Part shown: positions 33,129 to 58,616 of the stretch, in pieces | Position numbering within the stretch: the first letter of the stretch is position 1 | Layout: each line of letters begins with the position of its first letter | Source of the DNA: Amoebidium appalachense | Lineage: Eukaryota; Protista; Ichthyosporea | Length of the DNA stretch: 64,000 nucleotides | Assembly: GCA_963693365.1 (NCBI GenBank) | Contig: CAVNZM010000001.1 | Span: 15,486,418 to 15,550,417, forward strand | Direction of reading: 5' to 3' | The notes under the pieces: model-generated | What the model saw: only the letters and a program-made list of their open reading frames with translations | What the model was told of the DNA's origin: nothing | The model's database searches: none | Program-made: the position numbers and the translations under genes

Positions 33129-34962
33129 GTTTGAACGTGTGTGTGTGTATGTTGTCTCGGTGCTGGGCTTGAGTCTAAGTGTGTGCGTAAACGTGTTTCT
33201 TGGTCCTAGACGGTTCAGATGAATTGATGAAAGAAAGTAACAGTTAGAGTGGATAGTAGAGCAAAAACCCTATCTTTGTGTTGGCAACACCTTTGGGCAC
33301 CCAACGGTGGCAACCCCTAGCCAACGTTCGGTTGTCCAAGGAATCTTCCTTCTGATGTCGATGATATACTGACGACTAGGGTATGCAAGCACTACAGCTC
33401 GCTAGCGACAGGTCTGTCGCGACAGGTTCGTCGAAGCCTGGTTGTTTGGTATTTTTTTCTTTCACGAGGCAAACAGAGAACTGAAATACAGAAAGACCAG
33501 AGGCTATGGGATCTTACATCTATCATGAGATTCCTTGCTATGTAAAGCTTGGCGGTGGTAGAAATACTGAAACTCCACTCTACCAGCAACAGGGGAAAAC
33601 TCTACAGGGGACAAATAACAGATAAAACAAGAAGCTTCTTTTCCTTTTTCTGTCACTGTGGCAAAGCCTGCTGAAATGCGTTCTGGTGTTAGCAAAAACA
33701 GGTAGAAGGGTGTAAAAGAGCATACAGTGAATCAAACGGCACAACACAGTAACATGCAAATGTAGCTGGAAATGATTAGTGTATTGTGTCCTTTGATATA
33801 TCTCTGAAGTAGTGTGTTTATCCAAATTCTCACAAGATCATCTACATAACGAGTCTACAAAATAATAGAACGTGTTTGTATATAATAATGACTGTTTTGA
33901 AGTATAATTGTGACAATAGTATTCATGCAGCAGAGGCGAGCTCAGTTGTGTCTTGTTGTTAGGCTTGTGCATGACTGACTGGGGATTCACTTAGGGAACA
34001 AAATGCATAACCCTCGAGATATCCTACGGTATCATACGAAATATCCCACTATCCGGGCAAAATGATCGGGTATATGTAGATGACCTCGAGCGCATCCCAA
34101 TTTGCCCAAACATGTGACCATGGAGTGCATTTAACTTGACTCTCATAAATAAACATGATAATTTGTTCAAAGATTGTTTGGGACAGTTGTATATATATGA
34201 ATTTTTTTGTATTATAAAGAGTTTTCAATACATCTCCATGGTGTATACGCGGCCACTAGTATCGCAAAAGTGGTGAAGACTCCAGGGAGACTTTCTCTGG
34301 ATCACAGGATTACTCTGTCTATTGGTGGAATCTTATTGACGAAAACCAATTTTAGGTCACTTCGGCATCTGATTGGCAGGAGTCCTGAGGGGCCGCAGGA
34401 CGGAATGCGGCTATGTAAAAGGGAAAAGGGAAAACTTTGGCGACTTTATAAAGGAAGAATACACAGAAAAAACCAACGGATTTTGTAATGGCCTTCCGCC
34501 ACAAAAATTACGACAATCGTGTTCTTTAGAGAAGCAGGCGCCTTCTTGATATGGGCATGTCCCAAGTAATTGCAGGGCCAAGCCAGCAGTATCGGAGTCT
34601 CTGATCCCCGGGCACAGGGCTCGAGTCCCGACAAACTCCTGGGAGGGGCTTGATGGTGGGCGGAAATCGTACACGACAATCAAACTCAACTGTTTGAAAG
34701 TAAGTGAACATTACAAGAACTATTATTCTACAGTTATTTATTCATTTCAAGGAAATACTTTCGAGTTAGGAACTTTTTTTTGTAACTGTAACACTCACGT
34801 TTGCGCGGTAAAAGTCGACCACCAATTCAAAGACCCTGAACGGGCTTCCCTGAGAATTTTGGCCAAAAGGTTACAAACCCCACGTACGTTTGGCAGTGGT
34901 ATTACAATGCGCTGTGTGTAGAGCTGTATGTGTCATTTGGCTTCCTTCTGTGCTTCTGTCAC

Positions 34963-35053
34963 AGGGAGATAAGGAGGCCTTGCAATAATGGCATACACAA
35001 CAGTCACGCAGGTTGCCTCCTTATCTCCCTTGCCATGCTTCCTCATCTCCCTG
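34963..35053. repeat. Short foldback: perfect 16-bp inverted repeat plus a third partial arm
   Basis: AGGGAGATAAGGAGGC (34963-34978) / GCCTCCTTATCTCCCT (35015-35030); CTTCCTCATCTCCCTG at ~35038-35053. Confidence 0.7.
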
Positions 35054-35150
35054 TTTGCCCATAAGGAAACAACTTCAAGCATGGCCTAAGAAGAGAAGCC
35101 AGTTAATATTAACAAGGCCAAGGAAAGCCCCAAGCCCCTCACCGAAACAA

Positions 35151-35199
<49 letters not shown>

Positions 35200-35345
35200 G
35201 CACACGCACACGCACACGCACACGCACACGCACACGCACACGCACACACACACCACCACCACCACCACAAACACACACACAAATTCACAAGTAGAAGTTC
35301 AAAGAAGAAAAACGAATGTGAAACTTTACATAGAAACACAAACAC

Positions 35346-35422
<77 letters not shown>

Positions 35423-35483
35423 CACACGCACACTCACGTCAGGCAGGCACACGCACACACACACGCACAAGCACGCACGCACG

Positions 35484-35515
<32 letters not shown>

Positions 35516-35846
35516 CACTAAACCCACATACACGCAGGGGTGCACACACACGCATACCCTCTCCCCCCCCCCCCCCCCCCCCGCCCCCTCCCTGCACGGA
35601 CGGACGCACAAACACTTACACACACAGAGAAGAGAGGGAAAGAGAGAGCGAGCGAACGAGAGAAAGATAGAGAGAGAGACAGGGGATGGGAGGGAGGGAG
35701 GGAGAGAATGTGTGCCTGTGTGATTTTGGAACGGGGAGGGGGGGAGGGGGGAGAGAGAGAGGGAGAAAGAGAGAGAAAGGGAGTGAGGGAAAGAGAGAGG
35801 GGGCCCAAGGGAGAGAGAGAGGGAGGGAGAGAGGGAGGGAGGGAGG

Positions 35847-35935
<89 letters not shown>

Positions 35936-36184
35936 AGAGAAAATCAATCAATGTTAGGAAGAACACACAGAGAGAGGGGGGGGGGGGGAGAGAGAGAGAG
36001 AGGGAGAGGGAGAGGGAGGGAGGAAGAGAGCGAGCGAGATATGAGAGAGAGGGAGGGGAGTGGGGAGAGAGAGAGAGAGAGAGGGAGAGGGAGGTAGAGA
36101 AAGAGGGGGGGGGGAGAGAGAAAGAGGAGGGAGAGAGAGAGAGGGAGAGGGAGAGGGGGGAGAGAGAGAGAGAGAGAGAGAGAG

Positions 36185-36222
<38 letters not shown>

Positions 36223-37630
36223 AGATCGATAGTAAGGGCGGGAGCGATATTGGTTTACCCTTGTTGGCTGCTCTGCATAGGGATTATTATGTATTGTTGC
36301 CGTAGATGCAGAGTACTTGTACAAGAAAAGTACCAAGCTCTCCAACTTTGATGTGATCCCTGATCACACCCACATATGACCATGTATGCAATAATTTTCA
36401 GCTGGAACGTGAAATCAAAAAGACAGATAAAACATAACCCCACATCCCTCTAAAAAAAAAAAGTAGGAATTATGAATGTGGTCTCTTTGAACGACTTCAA
36501 CTGTGGTCAGTGAATAAAACTGTTGCTGTAGTCTATGCGGCAGTGACGCAACCAGACTATTCAGATGAAGAAATTGAATTGCACAGCGGTCGGTATAGAG
36601 TCTCGTTCTGCAGACTACAACAAAACAGCTGAACCGGATCACGGAGTACGGTATGACAAAACGAAAAATGCACGGTCTTTCACCGTATATAATACTTTTA
36701 CGAAGGCCATTTGAACTTAATCAATGTTCTTGCATATACTAATAGTTCAGAGCTTTTAGTGTATGCTTACACCTACCAACGTGTTGGCGTTTCGAGCACG
36801 GTTGTACTCAAGAAGTACCACATAAATCACTTGAGGACCTTATGTTCATCCCTTTTCCATGCAACCAACACTACCCTGTATACTAAAGCTTGCTTTCACA
36901 TAGTTCGCCCAATATTCTCACTACACCTGGCTCTAAGGTTTACTTACAAGCTGGTCAGCTCTCACTAGTTCACAAGGGAATTCTGAATCGAAACTGGCGG
37001 TTTAGAGTAGCAACTGCACTGTGGAAATACAGCTGAGGTTACTTACTATTCGTTGCGGACAGTGTGAGGGAGGTGGCCTATGGGGAAAGGAATACAGACG
37101 CCTGTGAGGTACCGCGTGTGTGTCAGCAAAATGTGCACGTGCTTGCACTCTATTTCAACCCCCCCCCCCCCCCCCCCCACTTTCTCCTGTCCCCCCCTCC
37201 TCCCCCCCCCCCCCCCACCCATCCTCCTCTCTCTTCTCCCATCCCTCCCTCACCCGAATTTTCCTCCCTCCCTCCCCCCCCCCCCCCCCCCCCCCCCCAA
37301 ACCTTCATTCGTCTCCACCCTTCTCAATACCACACGCACTCCACCTGCTTACCCCTCAACCCTTCCTACATGCAACACTGTTTATACACACGGCGTGCAT
37401 ATACAACCAAGTTTTGTGCCAGAGACAGGAACGCACACACACACGTATATATGATCACTTTCACGAGCACAGGCAGAGAGAGAGGGACGGAAGGGAAAGG
37501 GAGAGACTTTGGCAGACACACAACCACTGCGTACACGCACACACGCATGTAGGGACGGAAGGTAGAGGGAGAGACACTTGCAGACACAACCTCTACGTGC
37601 ACGCGCACATAATGCAAACACACACACACA

Positions 37631-37672
<42 letters not shown>

Positions 37673-38070
37673 CACATGCACACACACACGCACACTCATG
37701 ACACACACGTGTTGATGCACTTATTACCTGCATACGGCAGGCACGGGCACTTGCAGTCATTAGTTGACATTATTCCAGGACAAATCACTGTTTGGCTCCT
37801 GCACACACATACACCTACTCACACGTGCCGGGACAGGACATGCGTGTGGGTATGGCACACACACGCGCAATGCTCAGGCCACCCTATACGGAAATGTGAT
37901 TAAGAACGAACACACACGATTACCAACACCCATCCACCCGCTCCCCTCCCCCCTCCCCCCTCCCCCCTCCCCTCCTCCCACCCCCTCTCCCCCCCCTCCC
38001 CTCCCCCCTCGTGAAAACACACACAACACACTGTCGTGCATGCGTCCCCCCCCCCCCCCGCCCCCGCGCC

Positions 38071-38262
<192 letters not shown>

Positions 38263-38266
38263 CACG

Positions 38267-49568
<11,302 letters not shown>

Positions 49569-50003
49569 CCTTTTTTGGAACACATTACGACGATCACATG
49601 GAGGGATGTTCTTCTCGCAAACACCTGATCTGAGTCTGCCTGACGCTACACTGAGAACCCTGACGTCTACGTGTAAACGGGGCTCTAATTCGGGTTTTAA
49701 TCACGAGTATGCTCACCACACAGCACACACACACATACACGCGCACGCGCGCGCACACACACACACACACACCGCGCGCGCACACAGAAGCACAAGCAAG
49801 CACGATGTATTACACACACTCAAACACTGGGTGTGCGCGTATACACACAACCACACACAATTTATTTCGTGCACGGATACCAGGATGCACAGTCGTGAAC
49901 ACAAACACGCTCCTACACATAAGCACACACACACACACACTCGTGTTGTGCGCGCGCACACACACACACACACATACACACACGCATACAGACACACGCA
50001 TAC

Positions 50004-50109
<106 letters not shown>

Positions 50110-50498
50110 CACGCACACATCCACCACACACATGCACGCGTGGGCATGCACAAGCCTCTGTGTGGCTCAGTATGTTTGTGCCCTTAGACTTTTGCTCTCG
50201 CGTTGATTATCTAGCATATGCACACATCAACGTAGCTTTGAGGCAATATTGATGTCCTTTTATTCTTTTCCGATTGCAGTTAGCTCGCTCACACATCTTT
50301 TTGCTTTCTGTGATTGGAGGTTGCAGGCCGTTGTGACGTAATGCACGAATGTGTACTCTTAGGGAGTCGGCGTATAGGAATTAATATATTATAATAGACT
50401 ATGTGCCTGTAATAAATGCGGTTACTATGTACATAGGGGTTTTGATCTTGAAAAACGGGGCATAGGGCGGGAGGGTGGGCAGGTGATTGTCACCGTGG

Positions 50499-50633
<135 letters not shown>

Positions 50634-50644
50634 TGGGGGTGGAT

Positions 50645-50687
<43 letters not shown>

Positions 50688-50922
50688 TGTAAAAACAATT
50701 TGTACCAAACACTAACGTTTTGTCCGTAAGGGGTTTTGAAGAGGGGGGAAGGGGGGATCTGGTCTCGTTGACCAAGGTTGGGTCCTCCACCTTCCCTGGG
50801 GAAGGGGAGGGAAGGAGGGAAGGGGTGGACCCTTCTTTGTTTCTCACTACTTATGTTAAGATCGTGTACGGCGAGATTTTGCTCCGAGCTACAGAGATTT
50901 TGCTCCGAGCTACAAATGAGGT

Positions 50923-50967
<45 letters not shown>

Positions 50968-51642
50968 ACAGGGAGGGAGAGAGAGAGAGAGAGGGGGGGG
51001 GGGGGGGGAGGGGGAGGGAGGGAGGGAGGGAGAGGGAGAGAGGGAGGGAGGATCTGCCCACTCCATCCACTCACGGTGCTCTGTGTAATAATACTGAGTC
51101 GTACTTGATCAACATCATGGACCTGGCCGACCTACCCGCCCCTTTTGCGTGAGTTTTTGCAAATGGTGGTAAATTTATATGATGCAGGCACATATATGCA
51201 CTGCATGCACAACACGCACACATGTACAGGCGCACAACTTGGCAGATCTACTAGCCGTGCAGCCAATATCACAAACATACAAACATGTAAACGTATCATG
51301 TATACCCGTGCACGTTCTAAATAGCTCATGGCACCAGGAACGGTAGCTCTCTTGAGAAAATTTGCACACCGTGTGACACACGTGTACACACATACACAAG
51401 ATCGTATCACACGTGGAGCATGCACCGTAGCACACGAGGACGTGAAACGTGGCAGAGGCCTTTCACTCGGCCATACAGTGTTACCCTGTGACGATTGTAT
51501 GATCATGATGTGAGGCACACAGGCGTCTGCAGCACATCCTCTACCCCAGGGCCAGAATTCGAAGGACGTCTGTACAGCTCTAGAGAAACGTTTGCCAGGG
51601 CTAATTAATATTGGAGGGAGAACACCGACACCTGACTATAGT

Positions 51643-51678
<36 letters not shown>

Positions 51679-51709
51679 AAGGGGGAGGGGCCGGGAAAGC
51701 ACATGTTAT

Positions 51710-51743
<34 letters not shown>

Positions 51744-52829
51744 CCCACCAGATCTCTCTCGCTCACTTGAGTCCAAGTCACGGGACCGTCGCAGGGAGGC
51801 ATTCTCTACAGACATATTGCCACTCCGTACCCAGCCCGGGCTGGGCCGGGGACTGCTGGTGATAAAAAAAGTTTTTCCACAGGTCCCCCCATGCGCATGC
51901 CCATTCGAATAGACACAAGGGGCTGCATCAGTGTATGGCAGCGAGTTGCTCAAGTGTACGTGCATCTATCTAATGTTCTGCGGACATCCTTATTATTTCA
52001 GTCGTACGGCTAGTTGGTCTAGAAAACAAGTAGAATCAGCAAGAACACACACGTGTGCATGTACACGTACAGACGCCCAGCTAGCTATAGAGCACGTTCG
52101 ATAATTTTGAACGAAAGACTTGAATCGATGGACGAGAAAGAAGCAGGTGGTTGAGGGCATGGGATAGAGGCAGAGGTGGGAACAAGCCGGTGATGATTAA
52201 AGAGACGAGAGCTTGATTAAGGGGGAGGGGCGTGGGGGGGGGGGGGGGGGGGGGGGAGGGGGGGGGAGGCGGAGGAAGGGGAGGGTAGGAGGGGGGGGGG
52301 GGGGGGGGTTAGAATCCACGATTTTCTGCGTTGTGGCGGCCACCAAAGTGAGTAATATTATTATCCTACTGCCCTACTGCCTCCCCCCTCCCCCTCCCCC
52401 TCCCCTCCCCGTTACCCCTCCACTTCCCCACCCACCCACCCACCGCCACCGCCGCCACCACCACCACCCCACCCCCTCTCCCACCCTCCACCCCTTTCCT
52501 GGGCTTACCGAAACCTTGAATTGTGCTTTGCCTAGATTACCCTTCGCTTCGACATCTATCAGGTCCGTTTTAGCTTTTCAGCTTTTTCAGTGGCCTGAAA
52601 AAGAATGTTTATATGAAAGCTGTAAGAATTCTCTATAACAAAACAGGTCTTTTCAAACGGTCGGTTGGAACTTTTGCACTCGACGAGTCGACACCGTCGG
52701 ACTGCCTGGAGCACTGTGTTCAGACGGGGCACGGTGGCCTGCAGCTCGCCTCCACTCCGGAAAGCGCTACTGCCGTTTAGCCGGTGTAGGTTTTTTGTTT
52801 AACGGTTTCCGTTATTTCTTGTCAGCCTA

Positions 52830-52867
52830 CCAATCAGCGTCAGAGTTTCGGAGTTATACTATATAAG
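52830..52867 (+). promoter_or_regulatory. Candidate CCAAT + TATA promoter of the PDZ gene
   Basis: CCAATCAG at 52830 and TATATAAG at 52860-52867, ~380 bp upstream of the ATG. Motif match only. Confidence 0.3.
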
Positions 52868-53247
52868 AGTATTTAATAATGAATATGATTGAATATGCAT
52901 TTTAAGCTATAACCAAAAATGGAAAAACATTTCCTGTGAATTCGGGCCGTGCCTGGGGAAAAGCTGAACCGTTGTGAGCTGCAAGTGTCACAAAGAAGAG
53001 TTCAGGCGGAAGTGAACAATTACCTGTTGCAAGAAAAACACGGGTATTATTAAGGGCCATAATCAAATACCTTATTTTGTTTGTTTTGAAAAAATCGAGA
53101 ATACAGAAACAACGAACTAGCACTTAGTGTTAAACTCAGCGTCCCTTTCAATAGCTACGTATATGTGTAGATACAGCTCTCGACACCAGTTCCTGACATT
53201 CCCACCCACGAGCTTATTCAACAGGCTTTTAGCACTCAATTGCAACC

Positions 53248-54099
53248 ATGGCTCTGACAGACCCCCTAGCCGACGACTTTGTATTAGTCAACAAAGAGGA
53301 CATGACACTAATAGAACCGCGCAACGTTCATGCGGAAGGCAGTTCTGAAGACAACACAAGCATGCAAGAAAACCACCACACAGACTCGGTTAGCCTGCTA
53401 GAAAAGGAAACTAAAGTGAGACGCGTATCTCTATTCTCACTACAAAAGAACATCCAGAGGGAGCTGATTATACGCAAACATGCGAACGTGCCTTTTGGCG
53501 CCGAGTTTGTTAACATCTTTGGCCGTGTGATCGTTTGCTTCATTCACGAATTCGTCAACCTGGACGACTACAGCGCTGCATACCGAGCAGGCCTCTGTTT
53601 CGGTGATGAGGTACTTGCCATAAACGGACAGCCCATAGCTGATTTGGACGGGGAGAGTATAAAAGAACTTCTTTTCCAAACATTAGACCCGCACATGGAC
53701 CTGTGTGAGAGCCCCCTCATAGAGTCTTTTATGGTCGCCGTGGGTGAAGATGGGTTGCTGGGCATAAAGGGCTACTCGAGGGGAAGCATAGACCACGTTT
53801 GGCCCGAGTCACCTGCTTGGCACGCGAAGATTGAACCCGGACATTCCATCGTTTCCATAAATGGAAAGTGCACGCTTGGCAAAAGCGACACGGAAATGTG
53901 CGAGCTGGTTGCGGTGGCGGCACGCCCAAAAAGGGTAATTGAACTCTCGACGATGAAAACAGACCTTGCTATGCAGCTGACAGACGCCCTTAAACTCCAG
54001 GTGGCACATTATTTGGAGGATGCATTGACTCCTGCACAGGTTGTCGACTGGGACTTTACAAACATAAACAGGCACTACAGACATGGTGTGCACGTGTGA
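53248..54099 (+). CDS. Syntenin-like tandem-PDZ protein, intronless CDS, 283 aa
   Basis: PDZ1 RELIIRK..FG..SAAYRAGLCFGDEVLAING and PDZ2 GLLGI..GSIDHVWPESPA..GHSIVSINGKCTLGKSD follow the syntenin two-PDZ layout. ACC-ATG-G start. Confidence 0.8.
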   Translation: MALTDPLADDFVLVNKEDMTLIEPRNVHAEGSSEDNTSMQENHHTDSVSLLEKETKVRRVSLFSLQKNIQRELIIRKHANVPFGAEFVNIFGRVIVCFIHEFVNLDDYSAAYRAGLCFGDEVLAINGQPIADLDGESIKELLFQTLDPHMDLCESPLIESFMVAVGEDGLLGIKGYSRGSIDHVWPESPAWHAKIEPGHSIVSINGKCTLGKSDTEMCELVAVAARPKRVIELSTMKTDLAMQLTDALKLQVAHYLEDALTPAQVVDWDFTNINRHYRHGVHV

Positions 54100-54570
54100 T
54101 GGACGGCATATGTGGTTGCAGCTATGTTAGGTTAGTGTGGTTGCAGCTATATTAGGTTAACTTATAGAGAGAATTAGCAAAGGGAATCGTTATAGTAAAT
54201 GTCTGTTTCTTTTAAATACACAATCATTTTATATCTTATCATTAGTTTACTATTTTGTTGAAAGACATACAAATATTATTACGTTTCCTTGAGGCGGCCT
54301 TTTCTCTCTTTTGCGCCGGCATACTCTTGGAAACTGCACAGAAATATATTGTAACGCAAATACCATTCGCACACGCGCAAGCAAATACAATTGGTTACAT
54401 ACACGTATACACACACAATGACTTACCATACAGGAAACAATGGTAGACAAAGTTTCAAGCTACCGGAGTAGTTTTTAGACTAAGAGTAGAAGGTTCCGTC
54501 AGTCTGGATGATCATTTAACTGATGACTTGGTAAAGCTGAAAGGGTAATAATTAATGCGCTTAGAATAAC

Positions 54571-54742
54571 TAATAATCAGTCACTTTTCCACCCTGCAAC
54601 GTGTGCAAGCTTGTGAACCAAGCTCGGCGTGGACTTCAGCCCCACCCCTCCCTCCCTAATAATCAGTCACTTTCCCACCCTGCAACGTGTGCAAGCTTGT
54701 GAACCAAGCTCGGCGTGGACTTCAGCCCCCATCCCTCCCTCC
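54571..54742. repeat. 86-bp direct tandem duplication
   Basis: TAATAATCAGTCACTTT(T/C)CCACCCTGCAACGTGTGCAAGCTTG...CTTCAGCCCCCA(C/T)CCCTCCC at 54571 and 54657. Confidence 0.9.
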
Positions 54743-54837
54743 CCCCTTGCAGCATGCGGCCTCGAAGATGAGTGCATCGTGCCTGCACTTTCTTTTTTTC
54801 TTTTCTTTTCTTTTCTTTTCTTTTTTTCTTTTTTCAC

Positions 54838-54909
<72 letters not shown>

Positions 54910-57181
54910 GGTTATTGTACATAAACTTTTGTTACGCTTTGTGCGTTGTTTTTTAATACAAACACTGATTCCATTCCCAGTTGTACACCTTGGCCCACCC
55001 ACGCACAGAAAAGGCCCTGAACACGTGTGGCAACGAAGACGGGCGTTTAGCCCAGTGATGAACGTTTGCCACGGGGGACGAGCTAAGTAAAACGTACAGG
55101 CCCTCCGAATCCCTGCAGGGGCCGGCATCTGACGTGCACACACACCAGCTTACCAGCTTGAGGGCAGAACCTCGCCAGTAAACGTGTGCAGGCCTGGTGA
55201 CCAGTTCCCTCCCTCCCTCCCCCCCCCCCCCCCCCCCCCCCCCCCCTCTCCCCCCCGGACAGCTGACAGTGAGGCTTAAGTACTTACCCACTTTCTTGTC
55301 AGTACTGCCTAGAGAGTGCACGTGTTTATTATGAGCAGCCTGTAATGCATTAATGCTGCAGCTGCCGGTCGCAACGGTATGCTGTCTAATTTTCCTTGCC
55401 GCGGTGGCTCAGCAACAGGGCATCTTGGCCGAAAACATACAACTGTGAAAATCGTAGGCCACCCCAGCTTTGCCACCCAGTCAACTGGTGTGCCCTGTCC
55501 ATCTATTGACACCGCGCAGTTGACAGGTGTGTTTCACCTGTATCACCATGATAATGGGGCTGGTTCGTTGTTTTTCTCTTCTCAATCAAGGCCTAGATCT
55601 ACCATTTCAACAAACTTGAAAGAATACTCCATACATTCTAAATTTGACCGAAGTCTGCTAAAAAGCTCGAGGACAAAAGCTCAGTTGTCAGTGTTAGTCT
55701 ACTGCATGAAACCTTAGCTTATCGCATTTCGTGATGCTTCATACCATGTAAGACACGCCTGGTTATTCCGCAAATTGCAATAATGGCGAGGGCAAACAGA
55801 AAGGAATAAGCTGAAAGGAACGTAATAGTGCAGCTGTGCAGTGAAAGATAACTGTATTAATTTTGTAAGTGTTCACATTGTGTATGTACGTAAGCCCTGT
55901 TTGGCAAAATCATGTCGACCCTGTGTTGCGTCATCAGGAGCAGACTAATCCTGCTGTTTACTGTGACAGGCTGCCCTTTGATGGGTTTTTGGCGCCAAGG
56001 ATAAGGTTGTTGGAAAACGTACACGTTGGTGGGTACTGCCAGGGAGAGAGAGCTCTTGTTATACGGTGATCAATCACCAAACAACAGTCTTGTACCCAAG
56101 AAAAGGTAAGAAATTCCCTCTAACGTTCTGAAGGCTTTAGTGAAAGAGCTTCTCTATTGAGCATAATACTTGAGGCTTGGAACGTCGGCAATATTCAGCA
56201 ACCGTACAAAGGCTTTAGGCCTAGGCCAAGGCCTGCGTGTTTGGGTGATCGCTGTTTCCAAGTGACGATGTCGTGGGCTCAGCAAAATCAAGTTTGGAAC
56301 GCTAGCAACTTATGCTGGTTTGGTCTTCTCTATTAGAGGCACTTTCTTGAAAGCTTACAGCCTCTGTAGTCAGTGAGTTTTTTTCGTTCATTGGCAGCAC
56401 AGTTCAGTGCTATTGGTAGAGCTTTGGCAAACTGGGCACATTGATTGTAATCGTATATTTGCCCAACGTGTACACTTACATTCAGGTTCTACCATGTGCT
56501 TATCAGGAAGTGCTTTGTCGTTGATGACCAAGGTCAAACAACGGCGGAGGTTTTTCTTGTGCGCATGCTGAAAACAATGGATGCTCTTATCCTGACTGAT
56601 CCCTTGAAAGCGGTGTCGTACCACTCAGTAAGCCTGACAACTCCAGAAGTGTATGCTGATATCTGGAAGGCGTGCTTTCTTATAATTACCACAACCCAGT
56701 GAGCACGTACATAAACTCATGTTTTGTGGAGCTGCAACAGAATTCACATCAATGCCAGGGTGACTCTGTTTTGTGTCCCTGACACCTCAGCTATACTGTA
56801 GCGAGCACATATACAGCGAACCCAACTTGGTTTTTCCACTTGTCATAAAAAGCGAAGTGATGAACGTCCTGTGGTTCACAGGTTCCACATGCTTACACGT
56901 TTACGTGCCTTTTTATGACCTTTTTCTTGTCCGTACCGTCTTGTGTTGGTGAGATGAACGTTCTTCCAGGAGCAAATAGGCCTGATAACAGACACCACTA
57001 AGACAAAGAATGAAAGTCCCATCACCACCTAACAAGCTGGGTCTAGGCTTGAACTTTCTGTTAGATATGTTTCAGTAAAACTTATGCTGATCAATTAAAA
57101 CATCGACACTGACACAATTCTTGTTTCCTTCACAGGTTTTTCTTTTTGAACGGTGACTGGTTTACCTTTAAACAATGAAAA

Positions 57182-58190
57182 ATGGAGGAAGAGGAGGAAT
57201 ACTTTGTCGTCGAGAAGATCCTCGATGTCAGGGCGGACCAGCAGGTAGGATGATAGCCACGTGCTAAAACTTCATTTAGTGAAGAGATTGATGTTGATCA
57301 TAAGAAAAGATACGGACGGACCAGGTTGGTCAGTGTGGGGTAAGCACTGCAACACACTGTCAGGGAGTTGACCACGTGTACCGAATCTGCACATTCTATT
57401 CACGTTTTGCTGGGTTCTTTTCCACTTTGCCTTCAATACATGATAATGCCGCAGTCCTTCTCTTGACACGGGTCGGACAGAAGGGTTATCACTTCTCCAG
57501 ATCGTTGTTCCAGTGTGTGATAGGAAATAAGTGTGTTCAATAATCTTGGTCCATGGAAGGATGTTGTTGCTTGACCCTTGGAAAGATGCTAGAACATCTT
57601 TTCCATCCTGTGTGAACACTGTAAACACTGTAATTCCCTGCCGGACGTTTGCAGCTAAATAATCCGTTGCCCATGCCTGAAATGCAGAGCTTACGTGATG
57701 TCTAACACCTAGGTATCCCACCTGCAGGGCACGTTGGTGTTTCACATCAAATGGGAAGGTGGGTCCAAATCACGATGAATCGCCACGGTTTTGGGTGGAA
57801 ATTTAATGGGTTGGGTGTGCCCAAATAAGGGGCCAGTGGCAGGTGGAGAAAGGACGGGTTTGCAAGCCCCGGGGAGAAGGAACGGAGGGGATAGGGGTGG
57901 GGGTGGGTGGGTGGGGGGGGGGGGGAGGGGGGAAGTGGGGAGAGGGGTCGTCAATGGCCCCAGGAAGACGTGGCGAGAGGGCAAGAAACAAGGGAGGGGG
58001 CCTGCAGGGGAGGGGTAAACGGAAAGGATCGTATGTTAAATGGGGCCAAGGCGAGGTTTGGGGGAGGTGGGGGGAAGGGGGGGGGGGGGAGGGGGCGTTG
58101 GTGTGCGTGTGTGTCTGTGTGTGTGTGTGGGGGGGAGGGGTGGGTGGGGGGGGGGGGGGAGGTAATATGGGTGTTTTTTTTTTTTTTTTT

Positions 58191-58221
<31 letters not shown>

Positions 58222-58528
58222 GGAGGGGGGGAGGGCTGGAAAGTCATCCAGGAAGGGGCTGAAATGAAAGAATTAATATTGTTTTACATCCTTTCATCTT
58301 TGGTGACGCATGTTTTTGGGTGTGTGTAACGGAAAGGGGGGAGGGGGGGGGGGGGGGGGGGATGTATGTCAGGCAGAGGTGCGGAAATATTATGGAATAT
58401 AAAGGAGTAGCTGAATGCAAACATGATTCCCCCCCCCCCCCCCCCCCCCTTTTTCTTTTTCTCCCATTTCCACTCTGTATCCTTCCTTCTTACTTTCTTC
58501 ATTTTTTGTGTGTGTGTGTGTGGGCGCG

Positions 58529-58616
<88 letters not shown>

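Noticed and set aside
51170-52100. Clusters of CACGTG E-boxes as bHLH targets
   Set aside because: CACGTG arises readily at (CA)n/(TG)n junctions throughout this window, so no enrichment can be claimed.
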